In this document: positions 48,995-61,754 of the stretch, piece after piece
How the letters are laid out: the number at the start of each line of letters is the position of its first letter
How positions within the stretch are numbered: the first letter of the stretch is position 1
Assembly: GCF_006345805.1 (NCBI RefSeq)
Contig: NC_043002.1
Location: 90,768,001-90,832,000 of the forward strand
Length of the DNA: 64,000 nucleotides
Reading direction: 5' to 3'
Source: Octopus sinensis
Lineage: Eukaryota
Notes under the pieces: generated by a model
What the model saw: only the letters and a program-made list of their open reading frames with translations
The model's database searches: none
Told to the model about the DNA's origin: nothing
Program-made: the position numbers and the translations under genes

Positions 48995-51257
48995 TTAAAG
49001 TGTTTTTGGCAGAATATAGGGAGATTATTAACATGAGACCAACTTCATACAGAAACTAGTCTGATCCAAAAGTAGCAGGTGAAAATAATGTCCACTGCTT
49101 AAACTGATTGGCTGCACAGACCGTAAATTCGTAATCTGCACAGTTGACTTTGATAGGACTCAACGATAAGGACTGGGTTACTGGAAGTTGAATTTTGGTG
49201 CACAAAGATTATAGGAGCCAGATTAGCAACCTAGTAAAGTGACAATTTACTGAGAGGACTTTTGGGCCAGGGGTATATTATGGTTAATTTTCAAAATTCC
49301 GGCACTACCAAAGCTAAAATAGGCTGAGACCATGCTATCATGCCGTAGAAACCATGCCAAATTAGACTGGAACTTGGTGCAGCTCTCCAGTTTACAAGTT
49401 TCAGTCAAACTGTCTAGCCCATGCCAGCAGTGCTACTGAGGAACGTTAACTGGTTTGAGATGAACTCTACAGACACAGAAGTGGCACCAGGGAGGATTGC
49501 TCAAGATGTGTGTGAAATGATGAAATCAAACTACATGTAATCATGCAGTGTCTGAGCACTTCTGACTTGTTGAATGGCTGTTGTTACATGCAAGATGCAT
49601 CTACCTATCAACCAAGTCCATCATAAAGATTTTCTACTGCCCACCTTCAAAAGAAGGTGTATAGTGAATGAGGCTGAAAGGATTAAGGACTGAAACATTA
49701 ATGTCAGTATAAAGTGAGGAGGGAGATGGAAGTGCTCTCCTTTTGACTAATTCTTATCAAAAGGTGAATGACTGACAAAAGTGATTAGGGTAAATGAATC
49801 TACTCTAAGTACAGCCAAGTAAGGGCTCATATCCTTGGTAGTAAAGCAGCCCACAAATCTTGGGCATGTAAGGGTTCCTTGATCGGTCTAGTTAGAGGCT
49901 CTTCTGTATCAGAAGGACTGCACCAGCCATGTTTTCACATACTATGTATGTTTTTTATCTCATCTCTTCTACCCTCTCTTTCCATCATGTCTTTTATATA
50001 ATCACCACACTCACAATTTGTAAACTGTCCTTGTAATGTTCTCCTCATTGAAAAAGGGCTGCCCCATGATTGAATTTAAGGCCTTGTAATTAGTGAGAAA
50101 AAGAAGACCTCCCACCACTCACAACACCCAATTACTTGCAATGTGGTGATCTTCGCTAAAGATAACAAAGAACCAGATTGCCATCTCAAACCCAGATCCA
50201 GATCAAGTCTAATTCAAAAACAGGAAAGGTTACTCCGAGTGCTTCCTCAGAGATTGTGTCTTCCAAATTTCAGTCACAAAGATAGACTGTCTAGATCTGA
50301 AACCTCATAGTGTGCAAAATAAACTTTAAGCCACACAACCATACCTGCACACATATATTAGACACAAAAAAAAAATAAAGAAACAAACAAGCAAACAAAC
50401 AAAATGGAGACTGAAACATTTCAAAGATGGTATATGAAATGAAAACTTCAATGGTGGAAGCCGACAGTTAAAAGACATTTGAAACTATTGTACACAATAA
50501 CATTTCTCTGAATTTTAAAACTGAAATTTAGTCTTTGTGTTTATTTACTGTTTCAACTTCAAACAAAATGATGCCAGTGTAAACAATAAACTTCATTCAA
50601 TTATTTTATTTGATTCGCTTGCTGTGTTTTTTTATTAAATTGTTTGAAACATTCATTTGTCTCAGAAAAATAAAACAATAAACAAAAGACACAATCAAAG
50701 TGATATGAACCTTCCCCCAGCTGTCTGTGCTACAATGGTCTCTGGTAAAGGCATCAAAGGACCATGTGGTCATCTTAGACCAGGTGGCAGATCAAGTCTA
50801 TTCATTCAAGAGCAAGAATGGTTCCTCCAAGAGTTCATATCTGGACATACGTTGAATCAAAATGAAAATTTCTTCAAAAGAAAAGAAAAACAAAAACAAA
50901 AAATGTTTATAACAATCAATTTGATATTAAAAAAAAATTATATAATTTTCAGTAGTTTGATTGTTATAAATGTTACAACACAGACAGGCAAATAGTTATT
51001 ATTTATTAAATACTGTTCTACAGATGGTAAAATGTAGAGTGAGCTCACAGTGACCATCGCATTATCAAATCTGCGTATCTAATTGGTTGATGACATTTGA
51101 GCTTTGACAGACCTGGACATCAGACCAATATACAGGCAAAGGTGTGACTTTGGTAAGAAGCTTGCTTTCCAACCACATGGTTCAGGGTTTGATCCTACTG
51201 TGTGACACCTTGGGCAAGTGTCTTCTACTATAGCCTTGGGTTGACCAAAGCCTTATG

Positions 51258-51595
51258 TGGAGGCGCATGGCTCAGTGGTTAGAGCTTTGAGTTTATGATC
51301 GTGAGGTTGTGAGCTTGAATCCCAGACCGGGCTGCATGTTGTGTTCTTGAGCAAGACACTTTATTTCACGTTGCTCCAGTTCACTCAGCTGTAGAAATGA
51401 GTTACGACGTCACAGGTGCCAAGCTGTATCGGCCCTTGCCTTTCCCTTGGATAACACTGGTGGGGTGGAGAGGGGAGGCCGGTATGCATGGGCGACTGCT
51501 GGTCTTCCATAAACAACCTTGCTCGGACTTGTGCCTGGGAGGGTAACTTTCTAGTTGCAATCTCATGGTCAGTGCCGGTGACCAAAGGGGGTCTC

Positions 51596-51597
<2 letters not shown>
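51258..51597 (+). mobile_element. SINE family B, head-2/tail-4, inserted into a family A copy (51135-51257; remainder at about 52865-53050)
   Basis: Family A stops at caaagccttatg where B begins; the family A 3' half reappears after 52865. Confidence 0.75.
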
Positions 51598-51647
<50 letters not shown>

Positions 51648-51813
51648 ATGACTGTTTTTTTTTAGTTGAAAAAAATATATATAATGCATTAACAGAGGCT
51701 GAATGATTGCTTTAAAATAAAGGGTGTATTTTATAAATATACCTGTTCAAGTGTCATAATAGCATGAAACTGTTAGTAGCTCTTTCGGTTGTGTATTCAA
51801 TATGATATATATA

Positions 51814-52021
51814 CAAAGTATTAACAGACACTCAAGGAAGGAAAGAAAGGTTGTTTTGCATTTTGAGCAAAGCTCTTCTTCAGAAACAGGAAACAGAAGA
51901 AAGTCCAAGAGAAAAAGAAGACAGAGGAAAAAAGTCTTCTGTCTCCTGTTTCTGAAGAAGAGCTTTGCTCAAAATGTAAAACAACCTTTCTTTCCTTCCC
52001 TGAGTGTCTGTTAATATTTTG
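51814..52021. repeat. Fold-back of a Penelope-like terminal repeat with two decayed hammerhead motifs (51853-51887 minus; 51948-51982 plus)
   Basis: GTTT CTGAAGA AGAGC-TTT-GCTC aAAA tGTA AAAC; restoring two CpG transitions gives a canonical GAAAC-GUA hammerhead. Confidence 0.75.
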
Positions 52022-52084
52022 CATGTTGTTGTTTTTTTGTTGTGATTTTCTTTTTTTTTTTTTTGTTGGATTAACTATATATAT

Positions 52085-52372
52085 ATACAAAATTAAGAGG
52101 AATGATCACCAAAGTGGACTCCTAATATGCTAGATATTGGCGTCAAATTGCCAAGCCACAAAGAGTGTGTTCTCAAGAAAAAAATTTCCAGCAAAACGCC
52201 AGAATGTAAAAATGAACAAGACAAATGAAAATATATGAATGCCCGTTTTTACATTCTGGCGTTTTGCTGAAATTTCTTTCTTGAGAACACACTCTTCATG
52301 GTTAAGTGATTTGACGCCTCAATCTAGCATATTTGGAGTCTACTTTGGTGGTCATTCCTCTTAATTTTGTAT
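52085..52372. repeat. Fold-back inverted repeat, arms of about 128 bp
   Basis: atacaaaattaagaggaatga...cagcaaaacgccagaatgtaaaaa versus its reverse complement. Confidence 0.85.
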
Positions 52373-52557
52373 GTAATATAATTTTTAATCTTTGGATATT
52401 TTAAATATGCTTAGCTACTGGTTTTAATTGATTAATATCAATTTCTACCCTCATTATTTGATTATATACATATATATATATGTATATGACCGCATGTGTA
52501 TCATTGGCAATTTTCTTACTCTTTGGCAATTTTCTTACTTCTTTGGACTTTTTCTAT

Positions 52558-52600
52558 ATTTCTGATGAAGAGATCCGCTCGAAACCTCAAAACGTGAAAT
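52558..52600 (+). ncRNA. Hammerhead-like motif, probably inactive
   Basis: ATTT CTGATGA AGAG-ATCCG-CTC GAAAC [CTCAAAAC] GTG AAAT; 8-nt duplication in stem III and a GUG triplet. Confidence 0.5.
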
Positions 52601-52689
52601 CCTCTTTCTTTTCCTGAGCGTCCAATAACACTGTACTTATTCCATGCCTTGCGTTGTTTTTTTCTTTGCCTGTTCATGTTTGGATTGAC

Positions 52690-52768
<79 letters not shown>

Positions 52769-52771
52769 GTA

Positions 52772-52817
<46 letters not shown>

Positions 52818-53269
52818 ATGTATGTATATATGTATGTATGTATTTATACATTTCTGAATGTCCCTCTGTCTATGTTTGTCCCCTTACCAATGCTTGACAA
52901 CTGGTGTTGGTGTGTTTACTTCCCTGTAAGTTAGCAGTCTGGTAAAAAAAAAAAAAAAGACTGATAGAATAAGGGACCAATCTGTTTAACTGAAACACTT
53001 CAAGGTAGTGCCCCAGCATGGCCACAGTCAAATGGCTGAAACAAGTAAAAAAAAAAAAGTATATCTGTTTGATAAAGAAAGACTTTTTAATGGGTATAAG
53101 CTTTTTTTCTTCCTGCTAAACAGATTTTTCATATGTAGTCTGTTTAACAGATATCACTGTTTGACTGCCCTAGATTTTAGACATATATAGCTATTTAATT
53201 AAGGACACATCTTAGAGAAATATGGGCTTTTAACAAGCAATTATTTCACTAGAACAAAACTATGTGTTA

Positions 53270-53632
53270 TACAAGGGGGTGCTGAAAATTTCCTGACTTT
53301 AACCATTTGAGCCTATAACACCAGTTTACCGGTGGATGGCTTATTTTCCTCTGTACTGTAGCACTGCTCTATCAGCGGAGTGCATCTGGAAGCCAGGTAT
53401 AGGGTCAAATAAGATTCAGGAGATCAGGGCTCAAAGGGTTAAGCATATTGTGAAAGGCCTTGTTGGAGGCCCAACCTTTTGAGTTCTTTTACAGGACATA
53501 GCAAAAAACTGAAGGACCACTGCAGTAAGTGTGTGAATCTGAAAGGAGAATAGGTTGAATAAAATCATAATTAACTGATCCTCCTGTGTTTTTTTTTACC
53601 CAATGCCAGAAACTTTTCAGCACTCCATCATA
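53270..53632. mobile_element. Tc1/mariner MITE interrupted by a piggyBac-like MITE (53303-53438)
   Basis: The insert has TIRs CC(A)TTTGAGCC / GGCTCAAAGGG flanked by a duplicated TTAA at the host's own TTAA site. Confidence 0.82.
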
Positions 53633-53751
53633 CCAATGTATATATATGTGAAAATGTAAATGCCAGGACACTTTTGCTGGTATTAAAAATCAAAATACCA
53701 CAGACTCAATCTCAAATTCTACTTCTTTTGTCATTTATAATTTTAACCTTT

Positions 53752-53970
53752 TAGGATTTTAACCAGCCATATCAGACACAAATATTCTACCTGTTTTAAG
53801 TTCAAACTAACCATATCCAGCCTCTTACTCATACTTTACAATGTCATTCTAAAAATAAACAATCACATCCTTGAAATCTTGAGGCAACAAGATAATGTGG
53901 GATTAATTCAAAGCAATGTGAATAAATAAAGATTACATTTGATAGAGTAACCTGAATGCTAAAGGGGTTA
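53752..53970. mobile_element. piggyBac-like MITE family G
   Basis: Family G sequence ending aatgctaaagggg-tttaa, about 50 nt upstream of exon 54020. Confidence 0.7.
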
Positions 53971-54019
53971 ACTGAGATTATTTTTATCACTGATCCTATG
54001 ACTATCTCTGTTATTGCAG

Positions 54020-54187
54020 ACTCCACTTGGCCAACTGAATTTGAGAGATGCCCGTCTTGATGAGATAGATCATCCAGATGAGTCTGATGAGGATTCAACA
54101 GTCATGATGGTTGACAGACATGTTATTGCTATATGGCCACCCTTACAAGGACCAACCTACCTCATCATCCCTACAAAACAGGAAAAG
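54020..54187 (+). CDS. PLEKHH1/PLEKHH2: PH domain 2 exon (TPLGQLNLRDARLDEID...GPTYLIIPTKQEK)
   Basis: ttgcag acceptor, gtatgc donor; 168 nt, phase 0/0; PLG...RDA and PTYL...TK.EK motifs of PLEKHH PH2. Confidence 0.95.
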
Positions 54188-54370
54188 GTATGCATGCTTT
54201 GTTTCTTTATTTCCTCTTTAATGCTCTATGATATATTGAGAGGAAAAACACTAAGTGGATACGTGGATAGATGGATGAGAAGATACAGAAGAGGAAATAT
54301 GTATGAATGCATTATCAATCATCATACAAATAGCTTTATGAAGACACTTGTAGAAAAAAACTGGGTATAC

Positions 54371-54670
54371 ATATCACCATGATCACCGTGACCGACCAGG
54401 CTATCAGATGTTGTGACACATTGCTGGTCACAATGTGCTTCGCATTGATTTAGCCTTCAAATGACGCCACCCCGCTGGCTAAGTGAGCAGGCCAACAGAA
54501 GAAACAGTGAGAGTAAGTTGTGGCGAAAGAGTACAGCAGGGATCGTCACCACCTCCTGCCAGAGCTTCGTGGGGCTCAATAAACACTCATAACACCCGGT
54601 CTGGGAATCGAAACCGCGATCCTACGACCGTGAGTCCGCTGCCCTAACCATTGGGCCATTGCGCCTCCAC
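54371..54670 (-). mobile_element. SINE family B, head-1/tail-3
   Basis: Reverse complement of 63474-63783. Confidence 0.8.
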
Positions 54671-54714
54671 GGGTATACATGTATTTATCTATAAATCGAA
54701 ATTGAACGAAATTC

Positions 54715-55165
54715 GATGACTGGCACCCGTGGCTGTGGAGCGCTAACAGCTCCATCCAAACGGGTTCATTGCCAGAGCAGCTGTCTGGCTTCTGTTCTGG
54801 CGGGCACGTAAAAAGCACCGTTTGAGTGTGATTGTTACCAGCTTTGCCTTACTGGCACTTGAACAAAATATTGGAGCGAGGTCGTTGCCAGTGTCACTGG
54901 ACTGACTCCTCTGCAGGTGGTACGTATAAAACACCATTTTAGAGCATGGCCGTTGCCAGTACTGACAGACTGGTGGCACGTAAAAGCACCCACTACACTC
55001 TCGGAGTGGTTGGCGTTAGGAAGGGCATCCAGCTGTAGAAACTCTGCCAGATCAGATTGGAGCTTGGCGCAGCCATCTGGTTTGCCAGTCCTCAGTCAAA
55101 TCGTCCAACCCATGCTAGCATGGAAAGCGGACGTTAAACGATGATGATGATGATGATGATGATGA
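54715..55165 (+). mobile_element. Family D element (longer unit array)
   Basis: Repeated ggcacgtaaaa(a)gcacc units, family D body, (GAT)n. Confidence 0.75.
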
Positions 55166-55206
55166 TTATCTTCCCATCTCTCTCTTACTTTGCGATATGT
55201 ATGTAT

Positions 55207-55610
55207 AGGTGCAGGTGTGGTTGTGTTGTAAGAAGCTTGCTTCTCAACCACATGGTTCCGGGTTCAGTCCCTCTGTATGGCACCTGGGCATGTGTCTTCT
55301 ACTATAGCCTTGGGCTGATCAAACCCTTCTCAGTGGATTTGGTAGATGGAAACTGAAAGAAGTCCATCATGTGTGTGTGTGTGTTTTGTGCATGTGTTTG
55401 TCCCCCACCACCACCACCACTTGGCAATCGGTGTTGGTGTGTTTACATCCTGTAGCTTAACAGTTCAGTAAAAGAGACCGATAGAATAAGTACCAGGTTT
55501 TACAAAGAATAATGAGTACTGGGGTCAATTTGTTCAACTAAAATTCCTCAAGATGGTGCCCCAACATGGCTATAATCTAATGAATGAAACTGAAACAAGT
55601 AAAAACAACT
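55207..55610 (+). mobile_element. SINE family A, diverged
   Basis: Family A head to tail. Confidence 0.75.
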
Positions 55611-56448
55611 AAAAGATATGTATATAAATATATCATCATCATCATCATCATCTTCATCATCATCATCTTCATCATCATTAAATGTCCATGTTCTATGCTG
55701 GCATGGGTTGGACAGCTTTACAGGATCTGATTAGTTCAAGGACTGCATCATGTTATAATGTCTGCTTCGGCATTATTTCTATTGCTGGATATGCTCCCTA
55801 ATGCCAACCACTTTACAGAGTGTACTGGGTGTTTTTCTCATGCCACTAGCACTACTGAGAAGCACCATACAGCTTGCAAGTTCACAAAACCTGAGTGGAA
55901 GAGAGCTCTGTGCTAGCAGATGAGAGTTAAGATATGAAAAGTAGGAGCTACATGGCTACTCACATTTAGAAGAGAAATGAATCAGTCATAATTGCAAAGA
56001 GATAAATTGTGGTGATGAGGTGTCCAGGTGGCACCTTGAGGTATAAAGTGAGTAAAAGTGAGGACAAAGGAACGAGGAATGGTTGGCAGTGGGGTGGAGC
56101 TTGCACAAATGTATGGGAAAAGAATAAATAGGGAAAATGAGAGAGGAGAGGAAGGTAATGTCCATAAGGATTGGGTAGGGTTGAAGGATAAATACCCGGG
56201 GTGGGAAATGCCAATGGTAGAGGGAGATGCATTAAGACGGACATAACAGGATAGTGATAATGATACAGTTGATATGACGAGTTATGCTGTCATTCTCTTC
56301 TTGACAAAACTACTAAGTTGTGGGGAAGTGAGGAAACCAACTCTAAGTGTAAATGTGTGTGTATGTGCATACACACACATATACACTAATGCATATGTTT
56401 GTAAACATTATCAACCACATATTCTTAATGTACATACTTCGTGTATTT

Positions 56449-56820
56449 AGGAGGCACAATGGCCCAGTGGTTAGGGCAGCGGACTCGCGGTCATAGGATC
56501 GCGGTTTCGATTCCCAGACCGGGCGTTTTGAGTGAAAACACCTAAAGCTCCACGAGGCTCCAGCAGGGGATGGTGGTGATCCCTGCTGTACCCTTTCACC
56601 ACAACTTTCTCTCACTCTTACTTCCTGTTTCTGTTGTACCTGTATTTCAAAGGGCCGGCCTTGTCACTCTCTGTGTCACGCTGAATATCCCCGAGAACTA
56701 CATTAAGGGTACACGTGTCTGTAGAGTGCTCAGTCACTTACACGTTAATTTCACGAGCAGGCTGTTCCATTGATTCGGACCAACCGGAACCCTCGTCATC
56801 GTAACCGATGGAGTGCTTCC
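56449..56820 (+). mobile_element. SINE family B, head-1/tail-2
   Basis: 13-bp TSD acttcgtgtattt (56436-48 / 56821-33). Confidence 0.88.
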
Positions 56821-58199
56821 ACTTCGTGTATTTGCCAGTAGGCTGTGATTTGGCATGGAGAATACTCTTTCAAAATCATGGACTTTCAGGTGTTTTGGCA
56901 CCTGTTGCTTTAAGAGATTATTCTCCTCCACAACAAGTCATAGCCTACCAGTAAATACACATAGTGTACACATTAAGTATATGTGGTTGATAATGTCTAT
57001 TACACTAGCACCACAACTATTTCATAGTTGAACACACTTGAATGTCGGTACAGGGATGGGTGTGTAGGTAAGAAGTTCAGTCCAACTGTGTGGCATCTTA
57101 GGCAAGCATCTTTAATAACTATAGCCCCGGGGCTGACTAAATCTTTGTTAGTTGATCTGGTAGACAGAAACTGAAAGAACCCATAAAAAAATGGACATGT
57201 AGACAGACTGATTGTTCTTGTTGAATGTTTCTTGTTTCTTGTCACTGGAAAAATAAATGATATCTAAACACACACTGTTGAAGTCTGTAATTGTTTCTGG
57301 TCTGTAGTTACTCAGTCAGGAATAACTGGTAGTTTAATCAGATAAAATACTTTACCATTATTTATTCTCTTAACTTCCAATTCTTGGCTTGGTGCCATCT
57401 TATTTTCAATGATATTATTGAAAATATGGAGGTGATTGTTTTATACGATAATCATAGGATGAAGAGTGAAATTTATGACTTTAGTTGGCCGTCTTTCACT
57501 GGCGGAATGGCATGAGGAAAAGAGAGCAATAGGTTACTGTAAATGTTTATATATGGTCAGCAGATAGAAAGAGATTGAGGTGAAGGAAAAAGTGGGCCAA
57601 GAATTTAGTGAGGTAGTGAGGTGGAGTAGTCTAAGAAATAAGACAACATCAATGCTAGAAAAACAGAACTGATAAGCATATTGTCGTTGTTGTTGTTGTT
57701 GTTGAGCATCAGGTCAACAGTGTTCTTGTAGACTTGAGAAGGAATGGTTCAGATAAATTTAGAAGAAAGGGTTGGCAGGAGGAAAATGAAAATATAATGT
57801 TGGTTAACCATTTTGCAGAGGAAATCAGATATATCCACTCAAATTTTCATTACAATTTTATATATGTATATATACCAATTTCATAAAGCAGTTTTATATA
57901 TGCATATATACCAATCTATCTTTTGTTGCACAATGCCAGGATCTTTTCAATCTCAGTCACAGATTTTTTAATTAATTTTTTTTTAACTAAACAGTTTGAA
58001 ACTTCAGATACTGGTTGAATGTATCACATAGAACATGGTTTACTCTTAACATTTTTGACAAAATTTTGTATTTTAGAAGTTATTTCATGTTAAAGTTGTC
58101 GTATTTGGGTAATTTTAACCAATCAATGACATGCATTTTCTCTTTATCGAGGCAATGAGACTTTATCTAGGCAAAAAATACCAATTCCAGATTTTGGCA

Positions 58200-58540
58200 G
58201 ATATTTAACATCACTCACCCAATTCAACCAGAGTTTCATCTCTCCTGGGGGAGGAATCCCACCCTGGACTCCTTCCACCTCTGTTTCTGGGCAGTTGTAG
58301 CTATGTAGGCCCCAGATAGCAGGTGGGATCATCTCACCATCTTGTCTTTGGTCAACCTCTTGATCATGTCCATTGTCTTGATGTCCATTCAGTTACCCTG
58401 ATTGTCTATCTGTTGTTCTTCAGTTGCACAATGTGGCCACCCAGTCTATATTTGTTCTCCTTGATAGTTCTTATGATGTCATTGACTCTTATGTGCTGTT
58501 GAATCCAGGCATTGGTTTTCCTGTCTCACAGTGTGATACT
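58200..58540 (-). pseudogene. Decayed RTE LINE ORF C-terminus (third RTE subtype)
   Basis: Minus-strand DRKTNAWIQQHIRVNDIIRTIKENKY..GHI...TIRVTEW...RG.PKTRW.DD with stops. Confidence 0.7.
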
Positions 58541-58672
58541 GGGATAATAATGAAATTTAATTTTTCACTTTAAATGTTCATGAGTGAACATCTTTTGTGA
58601 TGAAATATTTTCACATCCTGTAGAGTGAGGTGTATTTTGGAGACAACGTAACAGTTTGGTTATTGAAACAAA

Positions 58673-59859
58673 TATTGGATTGGCAACTAAGTTCCGCCAT
58701 TTTTTAAATTTTTTAAAAAGGTGTAATAAAAAATAACAACTAATTAATCAATAATGTATTCACCCTTGTTATATGCAACTTCTTCCCAACATTCAACAAG
58801 ATTTAAAATTTTTCATTGGTAGAAATCACCTGATTTCAACTCAAAAAATTGACTCAACCAAGCTCTCAATTCTGCATCAGTATTGAGTGAAACTCCATGC
58901 ATAGCATTTGAAAAAGATCAAAAGAGATGGAAATCCATTGGTGCCAAATCAGGAGAGTACGGCAGGTGTGGCAGCACTTCCCAGCCATGCGTTTGAATGG
59001 CTTCCTTGGTCATATTGGCAATATGAGGGAGGGCGTTGTCATGCAGCAGAACTCCGATTAGGTCTTTCCTCTTGAATGGCCATGTTGAGTCATTCCATCT
59101 GTTAAACATAGAGTTCTGCATTGACCGTTTGGTTCCATTCAAGCAATTCATAATGGACAATCCCTTCCCGGTCCCACTATATGCACAACATCGTTTTATG
59201 CGTATAAAGATCTTGTTTCATGCACAATAGTGTTGCTTGTTTACCGGGGTTAAGCCATTCCTTACACTGCCTCATATTGATGTACAGGCTTGTGTCCATG
59301 AGTTGAGCAGTGATGAGCAAGCAAACCAGTGGAGATTGTGGCTCACTGATTTTTGTTGTTGTCACTTAAAGCATGCGGAACCCATGCTCCATACTTCTGA
59401 ACCTTTCCATCGAGTGAAGATGCTTCTCTATAGCAGTGTGGGAGCATTCCATTTTCTCTGCCAGTTCCCTTGTCGTTTGACGAGAATTTTCATGCAAAAG
59501 TTGGTTTAATTACTCTCCATTGAACTCAACTGGACGGCCAGAACAAGGTGTGTATTTGAGGTGAAAATTTCCATTTTTGAACTTGGCATACCAATCGCTG
59601 GTGGTTCTTTCAGTTATGATACCCTCTCCATATGCAGCACAAATGTCGCAAGCAGCTTTTGCAGCCTTAGAACCTTGATTAAAAGCAAAAAGAAGGAGGT
59701 GTCGAAAATGCTCATTTCTCTTAACCTGACATTCTGAAAATAAACAAGAAGTAACTAAAATTAACTAGAAAACAAAAAAAAAAATAGATTCCGAAATTTA
59801 AAAATACAATAAATTCCAAAATTTAAAAAAACAGCGGGAACATAGTTGCAAACCCAGTA
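58673..59859 (-). mobile_element. Decayed mariner transposon (about 1.19 kb)
   Basis: TA-flanked TIRs TTGGATTGGCAACTAAGTTCCGC / GCGGGAACATAGTTGCAAACCCAG; transposase remnant LLHDNA...HLPYSPDLAPMDFHLF. Confidence 0.9.
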
Positions 59860-60249
59860 CATTATTTCAAAAATGAAAGAAAGTGAAGTGCTTCATGAAG
59901 CAGTTGGTCTGTCATCATCATCATCATCATCATCATCATCTGTGCTTTGTGAAAAATTGATCATTTCTCAAGTGTGAAGTTTATTTTAGTTTGGTAAAAG
60001 AAACATACTCTTGATATAGTCTTAGTTATATCAAAGAGGTTTTAACATTTGAAAGATGTAAAACCAGAAAGAAGGGATAAAAGAGATTGTGTTAGGCTGA
60101 AGATTAAAAGGAGTTCTAAAGAGAGATTTCTGGGGTCACTTCTCAGGCAGATTCTTCTTATTTTTTGAATACTTCTAATAGAAATGTAAATAGAGCAATG
60201 TTACTGTTTATATTAAATTTTGTTTGTTGTATTTGGTTTAACTATGTGA

Positions 60250-60375
<126 letters not shown>

Positions 60376-60509
60376 TGAATATTTCTTTATGAAGTGATTA
60401 TTTTCTCTCCTGTATGCACAATTTTCTGTGAGTGGGTGACTTTCTGTTCACTAAAGTTAGAGCAGAATAAATAAATATTTCTCCGGAATCTAAAAGGTAA
60501 AGGTATTTC

Positions 60510-60929
60510 GGATCTTCTCGGTTTGAACGGCAGATTTTAACATAATTTCTAGGTAACTAAAAAATTTTAAACTTCGTATACTGGTAGAATGTGTTTATAA
60601 AACATCTTTTTCTCTTGGCTTTATTGAGAAAATTCTATAGTTTGTAAGATATTTGTTGGTTTTTTTTCTTCAATTTCTGCAATTTCAACCAATCACTGAC
60701 GTCTATTGAGGTCAAAAAACATTCTGTGCCGTATGAATATGTCCCTCGTTTAAGAAACAGATTGGGTTTATTTACATTTGTGAAGTAAAAAAAGATACCT
60801 TTCCCCCCACCCCTAACCCTAACCCTAAAACAGATTGAAATGCAATAGATCGATACTAGGGTCATAGTTATGGGTGTCAATTTCATATGACACCGCTAGA
60901 AAAAACTGCCGTTCAAACCGAAAAGATCC
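60510..60929. mobile_element. MITE family F, full length, (CCCTAA)3
   Basis: TIRs present; TSD ggtatttc/agtatttc (7/8). Confidence 0.9.
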
Positions 60930-61073
60930 AGTATTTCTGCTCTAGTCATATAATCCTGGATTCAAATACTTCTGAGGATGTTTTCTATTTTCTATAAAAC
61001 AAAGACCTCTTATATAGTTGGAGTTCAGTCTCAAGACTTAAACAGTGAATTTCATAAAGACAAAGATATCAGA

Positions 61074-61495
61074 GGCGCAGGAGTGGCTGTGTGGTAAGTA
61101 GCTTGCTAACCAACCACATGGTTCCGGGTTCAGTCCCACTGCGTGACATCTTGGGCAAGTGTCTTCTGCTATAGCCCCAGGCCGACCAATGCCTTGTGAG
61201 TAGATTTGGTAGACGGAAACTGAAAGAAGCCTGTCGTACATATATGTATATATGTATATAAGTGTGTGTGTGTATGTTTGTGTGTCTGTGTTTGTCCCCC
61301 TAGCATTGCTTGACAACCGATGCTGGTGTGCTTACGTCCCCGTCACTTAGTGGTTCGGCAAAAAGAGACTGATAGAATAAGTACTGGGCTTACAAAGAAT
61401 AAGTCCCGGGGTCGATTTGCTCGACTAAAGGTGGTGCTCCAGCATGGCCGCAGTCAAATGACTGAAACAAGTAAAAGAGTAAAAGAGAGTAAAGA
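61074..61495 (+). mobile_element. SINE family A, young
   Basis: Near-identical to 13114-13524. Confidence 0.9.
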
Positions 61496-61754
61496 GTATT
61501 ATTTTGGGGATTTACAGTATATTTGATGGTTGATTTAAGATATTGACCTTATGAGACATCACATGTGAAGTTTATTGCTCCAACATTGCCCTAAACACTA
61601 TACTTGAATTTAATTAGCTGAATTAATGAAGGGTACTCCATGGTCAAGCGAAGTAGCTGTAGAGGGAAGGGAATATGTGGAATATATTCCCTCCCTTCTA
61701 CAGCTCCGTTTCCCTGACTTGTGGACTCATAGATGACTCACACACACACACACA

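Noticed and set aside
49000-50330. Possible decayed LINE endonuclease or ORF1 sequence
   Set aside because: Only weak, frame-broken resemblance; no motif could be supported by eye.
50657-50995. 112-aa ORF as a cryptic exon or small gene
   Set aside because: No recognisable domain; exons 46131 and 54020 already join in phase and match PLEKHH without it.
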